The notes under the pieces were generated by a model. That model did not search any database. It saw only the letters and a list, made by a program, of their open reading frames with translations, and was not told the DNA's origin. A DNA stretch of 64,000 nucleotides. Origin: Oscillospiraceae bacterium (GTDB lineage Bacteria > Bacillota > Clostridia > Oscillospirales > CAG-272). The translations under genes were made by a program, and so were the position numbers. Below, in pieces: positions 19,012 to 27,500 of the stretch. Position 1 is the first letter of the stretch. Every line of letters begins with the position of its first letter. The stretch is from assembly GCA_015063545.1 (NCBI GenBank), contig SVTX01000003.1, positions 5,913 through 69,912 of the forward strand, given 5' to 3'.

Positions 19012-19242
19012 TTATTCAACAACGAGAGAGGAGATCTGAGCAAGAAGCTCGTCTGCCTTGTCTCCTGCATATGTAAGCTTTATGGGCTGACGAAGGTCAA
19101 GGCTGAAAATACCGAGAATGGATTTTCCGTCTACCTTGTAGCGTCCGGATTCGAGATCTACGTCACCGTCAAATCCTACGAGTATGTTTACAAGCTTGTA
19201 TACGTCGTTGATTTCCTTCAAACGAATGTTTACCGATACCAT
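19012..19242 (-). CDS. HPr-like small protein lacking the His15 phosphorylation site
   Basis: 76 aa. VDGKSILGIFSLDLRQPIKLTYAGD aligns with the HPr Ser46 region (KSIMGVMSLG). No GIHARPA-type His motif is present. Confidence 0.6.
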   Translation of the reverse strand: MVSVNIRLKEINDVYKLVNILVGFDGDVDLESGRYKVDGKSILGIFSLDLRQPIKLTYAGDKADELLAQISSLVVE

Positions 19243-19361
19243 GATTTTGTACCTCCTGAAAATTCCTCTGCTTTTGCAGAGCTCTTGATATAATTATATA
19301 ATATAAAAAGGGAATTGTCAATAGTCCGGAATTGATGTAAAATACAAAAACAGGGCGAATT

Positions 19362-20018
19362 TTATCCAAAAATTATATTTTTTAATTCCTCAACCGCATC
19401 AACTACATACGTTGCGCCCTCGGCTTCAAGCTCGGCGCGGTCTCCATAGCCCCAGGTGACACCTACGGAATGTATGCCGCACAGCTTTGCGCCCTCAACG
19501 TCAAATTTACGGTCGCCTACCATAAGACAATATTTATACTCGTCCTCTGATATGCCCGCGAGCATCAGAGAGCGACGGATAATTTCTTCTTTGGAGGAGT
19601 GAGCTTCCTTCATGTCTGCTCCGGAGATGGCGTTGAAGTACTGATGGATCTTCACGTCGCGGAGCACCTCCTCTGCAAAGACCTGAGGCTTTGAGGTGCC
19701 TACCAGCGCCATTCCACTGCCACCGCGAATATCTCGCAGAAGGTCTGCTATGCCGTCGTAGATCTTGTTTTCATACAATCCGCGGTCCTTGTAGTACACG
19801 CGATATTCGTCAACCGCGCGGACAGATTCCTCGGCGGTGAGCTTTGTGTAATGCTCAAACGAGTAATACAGCGGAGGCCCGATGAAAAGCGCAAGGTCAC
19901 AGTCGGCGGGAATGGGCTTGTCCATTACCTTCATTGCGTATTTTATGGAGTTTGTAATGCCCTCGTACGGATCCGTCAAGGTTCCGTCAAGGTCAAAAAT
20001 TATATATTTGTACTGCAT
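19362..20018 (-). CDS. HAD-IA family hydrolase (phosphatase)
   Basis: DLDGT motif I (IIFDLDGTLTD), a GTSK motif and a GDRKFD motif IV region. Confidence 0.8.
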   Translation of the reverse strand: MQYKYIIFDLDGTLTDPYEGITNSIKYAMKVMDKPIPADCDLALFIGPPLYYSFEHYTKLTAEESVRAVDEYRVYYKDRGLYENKIYDGIADLLRDIRGGSGMALVGTSKPQVFAEEVLRDVKIHQYFNAISGADMKEAHSSKEEIIRRSLMLAGISEDEYKYCLMVGDRKFDVEGAKLCGIHSVGVTWGYGDRAELEAEGATYVVDAVEELKNIIFG

Positions 20019-20031
20019 AAGGGGGTACTCC

Positions 20032-20529
20032 TTATCTGGTTATCTCAAAATTTACAGAGCCCGAAAAATTCAAAAATACAAACACGCCCTTGAGGGGAGT
20101 GAGAAATCTCGGCATTCTGCCGATCGGTTTTTTGAGCTGACTGATGAATTTGTCATACTGCTCACTCATATCGTCAGCGTCTCCCGTCAATGCAAAGACA
20201 CGGCGGTCGGATACTTTTCCGTCCTCCTTTTTTTCTGCGCTGTCATAGCAAACCGTGAAAACTATTCTGTCGGAGATAATATCATCTATTGCCTGAAAGG
20301 TTTCGGCATACGAAAGCTTTTTATCTCCCGTTATATTCTCAAGATTCCCGAAAGATATAAGCGCGCCGTCCTCAAACGCGGTGAGTGTCAGAGGATATGC
20401 GGGCTGATTTTGGTTGGGATATACCATCTCGCAAAAGTCCTGTCCTTTTGCGTTTACGTCGTATATTACCTTCTTCCCGAATCCGGGGAAACTTTTTTGC
20501 AGCTCAATTACAAATTCTTCGAGTGTCAT
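20032..20529 (-). CDS. Hypothetical protein
   Basis: 165-aa ORF tightly packed (13-nt gaps) between the glycosylase and HAD genes. I recognised no motif. Confidence 0.5.
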   Translation of the reverse strand: MTLEEFVIELQKSFPGFGKKVIYDVNAKGQDFCEMVYPNQNQPAYPLTLTAFEDGALISFGNLENITGDKKLSYAETFQAIDDIISDRIVFTVCYDSAEKKEDGKVSDRRVFALTGDADDMSEQYDKFISQLKKPIGRMPRFLTPLKGVFVFLNFSGSVNFEITR

Positions 20530-20541
20530 GTTCTGTCTCCT

Positions 20542-21456
20542 TTAAGTGTTTTGAAGATATCTTTCATAATAGAAAAGATACTGTTGGGCAACTCCTGCGT
20601 ATTCGCCGAGGGCGGTAGGATCAAAGCTCTCGTCAAAATATTTTGCTATGACTTTTTTGATCCATACGTCAATGGGAAATGCATCAAGCTTTGAATGACC
20701 GAAAAGCAACGCGCAGGATGCTACCTTAGGACCTACTCCGCATATCTTGCACAACTCGTCTGTTGCCTTTTTGGTGGGCATTGCATCAATGTCCGAGAAT
20801 ACCGTTTGTCCCGATATAACTCTGCTTGAAGCATCCATGATGTATTTTGCCCGAAAGCCCGTTTTAAGTTCCCTGAGCCCTTCCTCGCCAAGATCAAAAA
20901 GGCTTTGCGGAGTGGGGAAGGTGTGAGTTGCGCCAAGAATGTTTTTGTGGGATGCGGCGATATGCGCTTCCATGCCTGACAGGTCGCACTCACATCCGCA
21001 CTTCGCGCTTATGGCGCAGATGAGTGACTTTATTCTGGGGATGTTATTGTTTTGCGAGATTATGAATGAGCAAAGGGCTTCCCACGGATCCTGCTTTAGA
21101 ATACGTATCCCGGAGCTTTTTTCTATTGCGTCGGCAAGCGCGGGATTGCTTGAAAGCGAAAGAATAGATGAATTTATATCTGCATAGTTTCGGTCAAGTC
21201 CGAAGTAATTGCACCACAAAGAATAAAATTCCTGCTCGTCTGTATTGTATATGTAAACATCCGAGCCGTCCTTTGCCACGGAGATATACTTTCCGTGCGC
21301 AACCCCTGCGAATTCGCTTTCGTGATGACTACCCTCCACCTTGTCAAAGCGGAAGGACTGCCCACAGTCAAATATAAGGTCCGGGGAAAAATGCTGAACC
21401 TCCCTCAGTTTTACGGCGGTTATTTTGTTTTCGTAAAAAGTTTTTTCAAATATCAT
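20542..21456 (-). CDS. 8-oxoguanine DNA glycosylase / HhH-GPD superfamily base-excision enzyme
   Basis: HhH-GPD signature ICGVGPKVASCALLFGHSKLDAFPIDVW and an OGG-like N-terminus (FSPDLIFDCGQSFRF). I chose the ATG at 21456 (MIFEKTFYEN...). The longer tracked ORF would run across the divergent promoter region. Confidence 0.75.
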   Translation of the reverse strand: MIFEKTFYENKITAVKLREVQHFSPDLIFDCGQSFRFDKVEGSHHESEFAGVAHGKYISVAKDGSDVYIYNTDEQEFYSLWCNYFGLDRNYADINSSILSLSSNPALADAIEKSSGIRILKQDPWEALCSFIISQNNNIPRIKSLICAISAKCGCECDLSGMEAHIAASHKNILGATHTFPTPQSLFDLGEEGLRELKTGFRAKYIMDASSRVISGQTVFSDIDAMPTKKATDELCKICGVGPKVASCALLFGHSKLDAFPIDVWIKKVIAKYFDESFDPTALGEYAGVAQQYLFYYERYLQNT

Positions 21457-21552
21457 AAAATTAGCCTGTACCACTTGCAAAATATCTGTGTCGTATGTTA
21501 TAATTATATCATGTAAGAAAAGGGAAGTCAATCCCACAAAGGAGTGAATTTT

Positions 21553-22251
21553 TTGGAACAGATATATACCATACCCGTCAACGAAGCGTTTGAAGCCTGT
21601 CGAGACGATAAGTCTTGCGGCTGCCCCTTCTGCCGCCTTTACAATAAGCTGGAGGGAGATGAGCTGGACCTTATTCTCGGCGCATCCATGATGGAGCCTG
21701 ACGTTCGTATAAAGACCAATAAGCAGGGATTTTGCCGCACTCATTACGACATGATGTTCGTGCGAAAAAACAGACTTGGAATGGCGCTAACTCTTGAGAG
21801 CCATCTTGATGAGCTAAAAAAAGAAATACGTGACAAAGGATTCGGTGGCGGTCAGGGCAACAAGCCCATAAAAAGAATAAGCGAGCTTGAAGGCTCGTGT
21901 TACGTTTGCGGAAGAATTGCTTTTAATTTTAACAATATGGTTGAGACAGCGGTTCTTTTGTGGGAGTCTGACGAGGAGTTTGTAAAAAAGCTCAAGGCTC
22001 AGCCGTATTTCTGCCTGCCTCACTACAGAATGCTTTTGCAAATGGGACAGAAACGGCTTTCCAAAAAGCAGATGCAGGAATTTTCCGAGCAGTGCGCCGA
22101 GGTGGTTGAAAAATATCTTGACGAGCTTTCCGGTGACGTTTCGTGGTTCTGCAAAAAGTTTGATTACCGATATGACGAGGAGCCGTGGTATAACTCCAAG
22201 GATTCCGTCGAGCGCTCGATGAAATTTTTAAGATCGGATCTTCACAAATAA
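21553..22251 (+). CDS. Conserved Cys-rich hypothetical protein (CxCxxC ... CxxC)
   Basis: TTG at 21553 lies 8 nt after AAAGGAG. It contains CGCPFC and CYVCG plus FCRTHY / FCLPHY pairs. I recall similar proteins in Clostridia (possibly a DUF family), but this is unverified. Confidence 0.6.
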   Translation: MEQIYTIPVNEAFEACRDDKSCGCPFCRLYNKLEGDELDLILGASMMEPDVRIKTNKQGFCRTHYDMMFVRKNRLGMALTLESHLDELKKEIRDKGFGGGQGNKPIKRISELEGSCYVCGRIAFNFNNMVETAVLLWESDEEFVKKLKAQPYFCLPHYRMLLQMGQKRLSKKQMQEFSEQCAEVVEKYLDELSGDVSWFCKKFDYRYDEEPWYNSKDSVERSMKFLRSDLHK

Positions 22252-22269
22252 TTTCAATAGGAACAGAAC

Positions 22270-22827
22270 ATGATAGATTTACTTGATTTACATAAGCAAT
22301 TTCTCCTCACTCATATAAAGGAGGGCGATATAGTTGTAGACTTTACGATGGGTAACGGTCATGATACTGAATTTCTCTCCAAAACAGTAGGGGAAAGCGG
22401 TCACGTTTACGCGTTTGATATTCAGCAGTCTGCGGTGGATTCCACAAGAAAAAATCTTGAAGCCGCGGGTTGCCCACAAAACTATACGCTCATTTGCGAT
22501 TCTCATCACAACGTAAAAAATTACGTCAAATGCAAAATAAGAGGCGGTATGTTCAACCTTGGATGGCTCCCGGGCGGTGACAAATCCATCACCACTATGC
22601 GAGAAACCACCATGCCCGCTATCGAGGCGGCAATAGACCTTCTTGACACCGACGCGATACTCAATATCGCCGTCTACCCCGGACACCCCGAGGGAGACGC
22701 GGAGGGCAAAATGATAGAGGAATATCTCTCCTCGCTTTCGCGCTTCAAGGTTTGCGCCACTAAGGTCAAGATAGTCAATTCCGAGACCTCGCCGTACTTC
22801 TTTATGATAGAAACCAAAAAGAAATAA
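22270..22827 (+). CDS. Class I SAM-dependent methyltransferase, YtqB/MnmM-like
   Basis: 185 aa. VVDFTMGNGHDTEFL and VYAFDIQ motifs match the YtqB-type putative rRNA/tRNA methylase family. Confidence 0.7.
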   Translation: MIDLLDLHKQFLLTHIKEGDIVVDFTMGNGHDTEFLSKTVGESGHVYAFDIQQSAVDSTRKNLEAAGCPQNYTLICDSHHNVKNYVKCKIRGGMFNLGWLPGGDKSITTMRETTMPAIEAAIDLLDTDAILNIAVYPGHPEGDAEGKMIEEYLSSLSRFKVCATKVKIVNSETSPYFFMIETKKK

Positions 22828-22847
22828 TAACCCCCAAAAGAGGTAAT

Positions 22848-23672
22848 ATGAAAAGATCAGATATAGAGACCAAGCCGTTTATAATTTCGCTGGCGATTTT
22901 TATCGGCGCGGTGATAATTGCAGTAGCGATAGGAATTGTCCTTCGCGGATGTGAAAAAAACAAGGAAATAATTTACACCACAGAGGATCACACATATATG
23001 AGCGACATATCGGCGGTAAAGAACGTACTTAACACAACAGACGAAAAATATCTTATTCTCGTCAACAAAAACAAGACTTTGGGAGAAAGCTATACTCCTT
23101 CGGGTATTATTGACGTAGATACGTCATATACGCTTTATGAAAAGGCTGTTCAACTTGAAAAGGCGACCGCGCAGGCGGCAATAGCCATGATAGAGGAGAT
23201 GCGGGCACAGGGCATTTCGGATGTATATATTACAAGCGGATACCGCGACTATGCGTATCAGAAAGCTCTCTTTGATAACTATGTTTACGAGGAGTGGGTC
23301 AAGGATAACACTCTGACACAGGCAGAATGTGAGCAAAGAGCGTTGGAATATTCGGCATACCCCGGCACAAGCGAGCATCAGTCGGGACTTTGCGTTGACT
23401 TTTTCGTCGCGCCCGGCATGAGCGAGCTTGTAAACTACGGCTCTGAGACCGAAAAGACTGACGATATCGGCTTTGCGGAGACAAAGGCGTTCGAATGGCT
23501 CAAAGAAAATTCCCACAAGTTCGGATTTATCCTCCGTTATCCCGACGGAAAAGAATCTGTTACCGGCTATTCTTACGAGTCATGGCACTATCGCTTTGTG
23601 GGAGTTAACGCCGCAACGCATATATACAATAATAAACAAACACTCGAGCAATACCTCAGCGATAAAAAATAA
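22848..23672 (+). CDS. D-alanyl-D-alanine carboxypeptidase, VanY/M15B family
   Basis: N-terminal TM segment. SGYRDYAYQ, SEHQSGLCVDF and ESWHYRFVG motifs are the Zn ligands of M15B. Confidence 0.85.
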   Translation: MKRSDIETKPFIISLAIFIGAVIIAVAIGIVLRGCEKNKEIIYTTEDHTYMSDISAVKNVLNTTDEKYLILVNKNKTLGESYTPSGIIDVDTSYTLYEKAVQLEKATAQAAIAMIEEMRAQGISDVYITSGYRDYAYQKALFDNYVYEEWVKDNTLTQAECEQRALEYSAYPGTSEHQSGLCVDFFVAPGMSELVNYGSETEKTDDIGFAETKAFEWLKENSHKFGFILRYPDGKESVTGYSYESWHYRFVGVNAATHIYNNKQTLEQYLSDKK

Positions 23673-23677
23673 AAAAA

Positions 23678-23705
23678 GCGTTACATCTCATCTGAGGTGT
23701 AACGC
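23678..23705. terminator. Bidirectional terminator between convergent genes
   Basis: Stem gcgttacatctca / tgaggtgtaacgc with one G-U pair. An A-run lies upstream and a T-run downstream. Confidence 0.6.
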
Positions 23706-23724
23706 TTTTAAGTTGTTTTTGATA

Positions 23725-24330
23725 TTAAAGATAGGGTGTGATAGCTTCAACAAGCGCGTCATAGGACATCGCGCCGTACTGTGAGAAAACGACGGCTCCG
23801 CTTTTATCTATGATAATGGTACGGGGATAAGAGCCATCTCCGCCGAGCATGCCGTAATAAGTCTGACCGTAAACTGATAGATCCTTGGCAAAAATTATTT
23901 TGCTGTCGGCGTAGTTTTTATTTACGTATGCGATTCCCTGATCCATTCCGCTGAGTGAATGGACGGCAACTACCGAAAGCTCGTTTTTGTATTCCTCTGC
24001 CACTCTGTCAAATTCGGGCATCTCGACAAGACAGTAGCCGCACCACTCACCCCAGAAGTTGAGGACTGTGACCTTACCTCTGTTTTGAGCTATGTTATAC
24101 GTGTCGCCGGAGAACGTTTCAAGCTGCATGGGCAGACAGATGTCGCCCACGTTTCCGCCGTAGTTTGCATCCGGTGAGGGGGCGTTATTTACTAATTCTC
24201 CTGTAATGGTTTCAATTTTGTTTGTGGCATGCTCTGAATGTGTGCTGCCCGAGTCGCAGGAGATTAGACACACCATGAGCAGACACAATACAGAAACCAA
24301 GGAGAGAAGTTTAATGTTTATGATTTTCAA
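23725..24330 (-). CDS. TlpA/ResA-like thiol-disulfide oxidoreductase lipoprotein
   Basis: Signal peptide with lipobox LISC. Thioredoxin-fold active site WGEWCGYC. Confidence 0.8.
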   Translation of the reverse strand: MKIINIKLLSLVSVLCLLMVCLISCDSGSTHSEHATNKIETITGELVNNAPSPDANYGGNVGDICLPMQLETFSGDTYNIAQNRGKVTVLNFWGEWCGYCLVEMPEFDRVAEEYKNELSVVAVHSLSGMDQGIAYVNKNYADSKIIFAKDLSVYGQTYYGMLGGDGSYPRTIIIDKSGAVVFSQYGAMSYDALVEAITPYL

Positions 24331-24375
24331 TTGCGTATCCTCCTATATTTTTTAGAAAAAGAATGAGCAATTGGC

Positions 24376-26166
24376 TCATTCTTTTTCTATTACGGCGATG
24401 CTGAGCTCCTCAAGAGCCTTGGGATCAGCGGGCGCGGGACAGCCGGACATAAGCTCGCTTGCGTTCTGAACCTTGGGGAAGGCGAGAACGTCACGGAGAC
24501 TGTCTGCACCACTCATTACCATGGCAAGACGGTCAAGTCCCATGCCGGAGCCTCCGTGCGGAGGTGCGCCGTATTTATAGGCTTCTACAAGGAAGCCGAA
24601 TTTTGCTTCGATTTCTTCGGGGGTAAGTCCCAATGACTTGAACATTCTCTCCTGGAGCTGCCAGTCGGTAATACGGATAGAGCCTGAAAGAAGCTCTGTG
24701 CCGTTGAGAACCATATCGTAGCACTTTGCTCTGACGTTGCCGGGGTTAGTCTCAAGGTCGTCAAGACATTCCTCAAGAGGCATAGTGAAGGGGTGGTGCA
24801 TAGCATCCCAATGCTGTGTCTCCTCGTTCCACTCAAAGAAGGGGAATTCGGTGATCCAGAGGAAGTTGAACTTGCCCTCGGGGATCATGTCGAGCTTGCG
24901 CGCAACTATCTGACGGAGCGCGCCGAGTGTAGGAAGAACTACCTTGTCCTTGTCCGCGCAGATGAGCATGACGTCACCCTGCTCAAGACCGACGGCCGTG
25001 TATATAGCCTCAAGCTCCTCGGCAGTCATGAACTTAGCAAAGCTGCAGGTGGGAGTCTCGTCAACCCAACGAACGTAAGCAAGACCTTTCGCGCCAATAC
25101 CCTTTGCATGCTCGGTGAGCTTGTCTATTTCTTTTCTTGTAAGTGTAGCTGCGCCGCCCTTTGCGACTATCGCGCGAACGCTTCCGCCGCATTCAAGCGC
25201 AGACTTGAATACAACGAATTCGGAGTTCTTTACACACTCGGAAATGTTCTGAATTTCAAGACCGTATCTCGTATCGGGCTTGTCCGAGCCGTACTTTTCC
25301 ATAGCCTCGGCGAATGTGAGACGCTGCATGGGAGTCTGGATGTCAATATTCATGACCTCCTTGAACACGCGCTTGATAAAGCCCTCGTTCATAGCCATAA
25401 TGTCCTCCTGCGTTGCAAAGGACATTTCAAGGTCTATCTGTGTAAATTCGGGCTGACGGTCAGCGCGGAGGTCTTCGTCACGGAAGCAACGCGCGAGCTG
25501 AATGTAGCGGTCAAAGCCCGAAAGCATCAAAAGCTGCTTGTAGATCTGGGGCGACTGGGGGAGAGCGTAGAAGCTTCCCTTGTGGATGCGGGAGGGAACG
25601 AGGTAGTCACGCGCGCCCTCGGGTGTTGCCTTGATCATCATGGGGGTTTCTATCTCATAAAAACCGTTTTCGTAGTAGTATTCACGCGCAACGCGAGCGA
25701 TGTCATGACGCATCTTGATGTTTCTCTGAAGCTCGGGACGGCGAAGGTCAACGTAGCGGAATTTAAGAGCTGTCTCGTCCTTGACCTTTTTGTTGTCGTT
25801 GACCTCAAAGGGAGGTGTCTGAGCTGCGGAGAGAACCTTCATGCTCTCAACGTATATTTCAATGTTACCTGTGGGGAGATTGGGATTCTTTGCGCCCTCT
25901 CCTCTTGATCTTACGGTTCCGTGAACGCAGAGAACGTACTCCGCGCGGCAGGAAAACGCCTTGTCAAATATTTCGCGGTCGGTCTTGTCGTCAAATGCGA
26001 GCTGAACTACGCCCGTGCGGTCGCGCAGGTCAATAAATATAAGTGCGCCGAGGTCGCGCTGACGCTGAACCCAACCCATAACGCAGACCTTGTTGCCTAT
26101 CTCACTTTCGGGCACCTGTCCGCAATAATAGCTTCTTTTGTCTTCGGATGTTAAAAATTCTGCCAT
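24376..26166 (-). CDS. aspS: Aspartate--tRNA ligase
   Basis: 596 aa. It has an N-terminal OB anticodon-binding domain, class II motifs (FRDEDLRADRQPEFTQ, GGSGMGLDR) and a bacterial insertion domain. Confidence 0.95.
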   Translation of the reverse strand: MAEFLTSEDKRSYYCGQVPESEIGNKVCVMGWVQRQRDLGALIFIDLRDRTGVVQLAFDDKTDREIFDKAFSCRAEYVLCVHGTVRSRGEGAKNPNLPTGNIEIYVESMKVLSAAQTPPFEVNDNKKVKDETALKFRYVDLRRPELQRNIKMRHDIARVAREYYYENGFYEIETPMMIKATPEGARDYLVPSRIHKGSFYALPQSPQIYKQLLMLSGFDRYIQLARCFRDEDLRADRQPEFTQIDLEMSFATQEDIMAMNEGFIKRVFKEVMNIDIQTPMQRLTFAEAMEKYGSDKPDTRYGLEIQNISECVKNSEFVVFKSALECGGSVRAIVAKGGAATLTRKEIDKLTEHAKGIGAKGLAYVRWVDETPTCSFAKFMTAEELEAIYTAVGLEQGDVMLICADKDKVVLPTLGALRQIVARKLDMIPEGKFNFLWITEFPFFEWNEETQHWDAMHHPFTMPLEECLDDLETNPGNVRAKCYDMVLNGTELLSGSIRITDWQLQERMFKSLGLTPEEIEAKFGFLVEAYKYGAPPHGGSGMGLDRLAMVMSGADSLRDVLAFPKVQNASELMSGCPAPADPKALEELSIAVIEKE

Positions 26167-26200
26167 TTTATTTCTCCTTTATGTTTAATGTCGTATTTAG

Positions 26201-26315
26201 CCTTCCCCTTGAGGGGAAGGTGACGGATGAGGTGGTCTGCTTACAACTTTAACGGATGCCACGCATCCTACACCTCATCATCTGCTACGCAGGAGCTTCT
26301 CCTCAGGGAGAAGCC
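26201..26315. repeat. GC-rich multi-hairpin intercistronic element (thiI-aspS spacer), related to the element at 40528-40702
   Basis: Hairpins at 26201-26220 (ccttcccc/ggggaagg), 26254-26268 (ggatgc/gcatcc, enclosed by the 9-bp stem 26226-26234 with 26271-26279) and 26296-26313 (cttctcc/ggagaag). It shares ordered blocks with the 40.5-kb element: CCTYCCCTTG hairpin, GTGACGGAKG, TCTGCTMCGCAG, GGGAG..GCC. Confidence 0.55.
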
Positions 26316-27497
26316 TTATATTTCTGCTTCTGCCTTTATAGTGTACTCTGTAGCGAGGGCTTCCTCGACCAGAGCGTCAAAGTCAAGCTTTTGTTCTTGA
26401 ACGAGCACCTTTGAAAGTTCGGGCTTGGTTCTGGGGTGGCGGGGAGTGAATACTGTGCAGCAGTCCTCATAAGGCTCGATAGACTTTTCGAACGTGTCGA
26501 TTTTTCTCGCTATCGTAACTATCTCCTCTTTGTCCATGCCGATGCAGGGACGGAGAATGGGAAGGCTTGCCGCGTTTTCGGTAACGGTTATTGCCTCAAG
26601 CGTCTGTGACGCCACCTGGCCGAGACTTTCTCCTGTGATAAGACAGCGGCATTTGTGCTTTTCCGCCACCTTGGATGCAATAGTCATCATATATCTGCGG
26701 AGCAGGAGGGTGAAATAATCCTCCTCACAGTTTCTTGCTATTTCTTCCTGAATGTGCGTCAGAGAAATTACGTGAACGTATATATCTCCCGAATATGCCG
26801 CGACCTTGCGAGCCAAGTCTATGACCTTTTCTCTTGCAAGTTCGCTTGTGTATGGGAAGGACTCAAAATGAACGGCTTCTATGTGAAGACCGCGCTTTGA
26901 CATCATGTATGCCGCAACAGGGGAGTCGATACCGCCGGAGAGGAGAACAAGTCCGTTTCCCGCGCTACCTATGGGCATACCGCCCGCGCCCTTGAACTGT
27001 CCTGCGTGAAGGTACGCGGCAGTCTCTCGGATCTCAACCTTAACGACGACATCGGGGTGGTGAACATCAACCTTTATTTTGCCGTTCATAGCCGAGAGAA
27101 TCTCACCGCCTACGATCTGGGAGAGGTCCATGGAGTTATAAGGAAAGTGCTTGTCGCTTCGCTTGCCCTCAACCTTAAAGGTTCTGCAATTTTCAAGAAA
27201 ATCGGGAATATATTCTCTTGCGACACGCTTTATGTCGTCAAGATTTTTTTCGCACACAGCCGCGCGGGATACCGCCGCGATGCCGAAGGTGTGCATTGCG
27301 GAATCAAACATTCCGTCAAGATCACAGTCTCCGTCAAGGGGCTTTATATATATCGTGCTCTGTGCGCGGGTTATTTCAAAATGTCCGTGCTTTTTTGCTC
27401 TGTCCTTGAGCTGACGGCAAAGCATGTCCTCAAAGAACTTTTTGTTTGCGCCCTTGAGAACGATCTCGCCGTATTTGCACAAAATTATCTCATTCAT
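26316..27497 (-). CDS. thiI: tRNA 4-thiouridine(8) synthase ThiI
   Basis: 393 aa. It has a THUMP-type N-terminus (ILCKYGEIVLKG) and the PP-loop LLSGGIDSPVAAY. Confidence 0.9.
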   Translation of the reverse strand: MNEIILCKYGEIVLKGANKKFFEDMLCRQLKDRAKKHGHFEITRAQSTIYIKPLDGDCDLDGMFDSAMHTFGIAAVSRAAVCEKNLDDIKRVAREYIPDFLENCRTFKVEGKRSDKHFPYNSMDLSQIVGGEILSAMNGKIKVDVHHPDVVVKVEIRETAAYLHAGQFKGAGGMPIGSAGNGLVLLSGGIDSPVAAYMMSKRGLHIEAVHFESFPYTSELAREKVIDLARKVAAYSGDIYVHVISLTHIQEEIARNCEEDYFTLLLRRYMMTIASKVAEKHKCRCLITGESLGQVASQTLEAITVTENAASLPILRPCIGMDKEEIVTIARKIDTFEKSIEPYEDCCTVFTPRHPRTKPELSKVLVQEQKLDFDALVEEALATEYTIKAEAEI

Positions 27498-27500
27498 AAA

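Noticed and set aside
19882-20694. A 270-aa plus-strand ORF spanning three minus-strand genes.
   Set aside because: It crosses the boundaries of the HAD, hypothetical and glycosylase genes, all of which have coherent motifs or packing on the other strand. It has no RBS.
21457-21744. A 96-codon N-terminal extension of the glycosylase ORF. Similar upstream extensions occur in the tracked ORFs at 9681, 17503, 10575, 55851 and 46800.
   Set aside because: The extensions run through AT-rich promoter or leader sequence, and here they overlap the divergent gene's start region. Internal starts with RBSs give N-termini that match the expected family starts.
24793-25908. A 371-aa plus-strand ORF.
   Set aside because: It is antisense to aspS and has no recognisable motifs or RBS. 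This is typical shadow-ORF behaviour in a ~50% G+C coding region.
26167-26315. A T-box or other riboswitch upstream of aspS.
   Set aside because: The region is too short (about 150 nt) and has no GGTGGTACCGCG-type T-box sequence on the transcribed strand. The structure is better explained as a member of the GC-rich repeat family.
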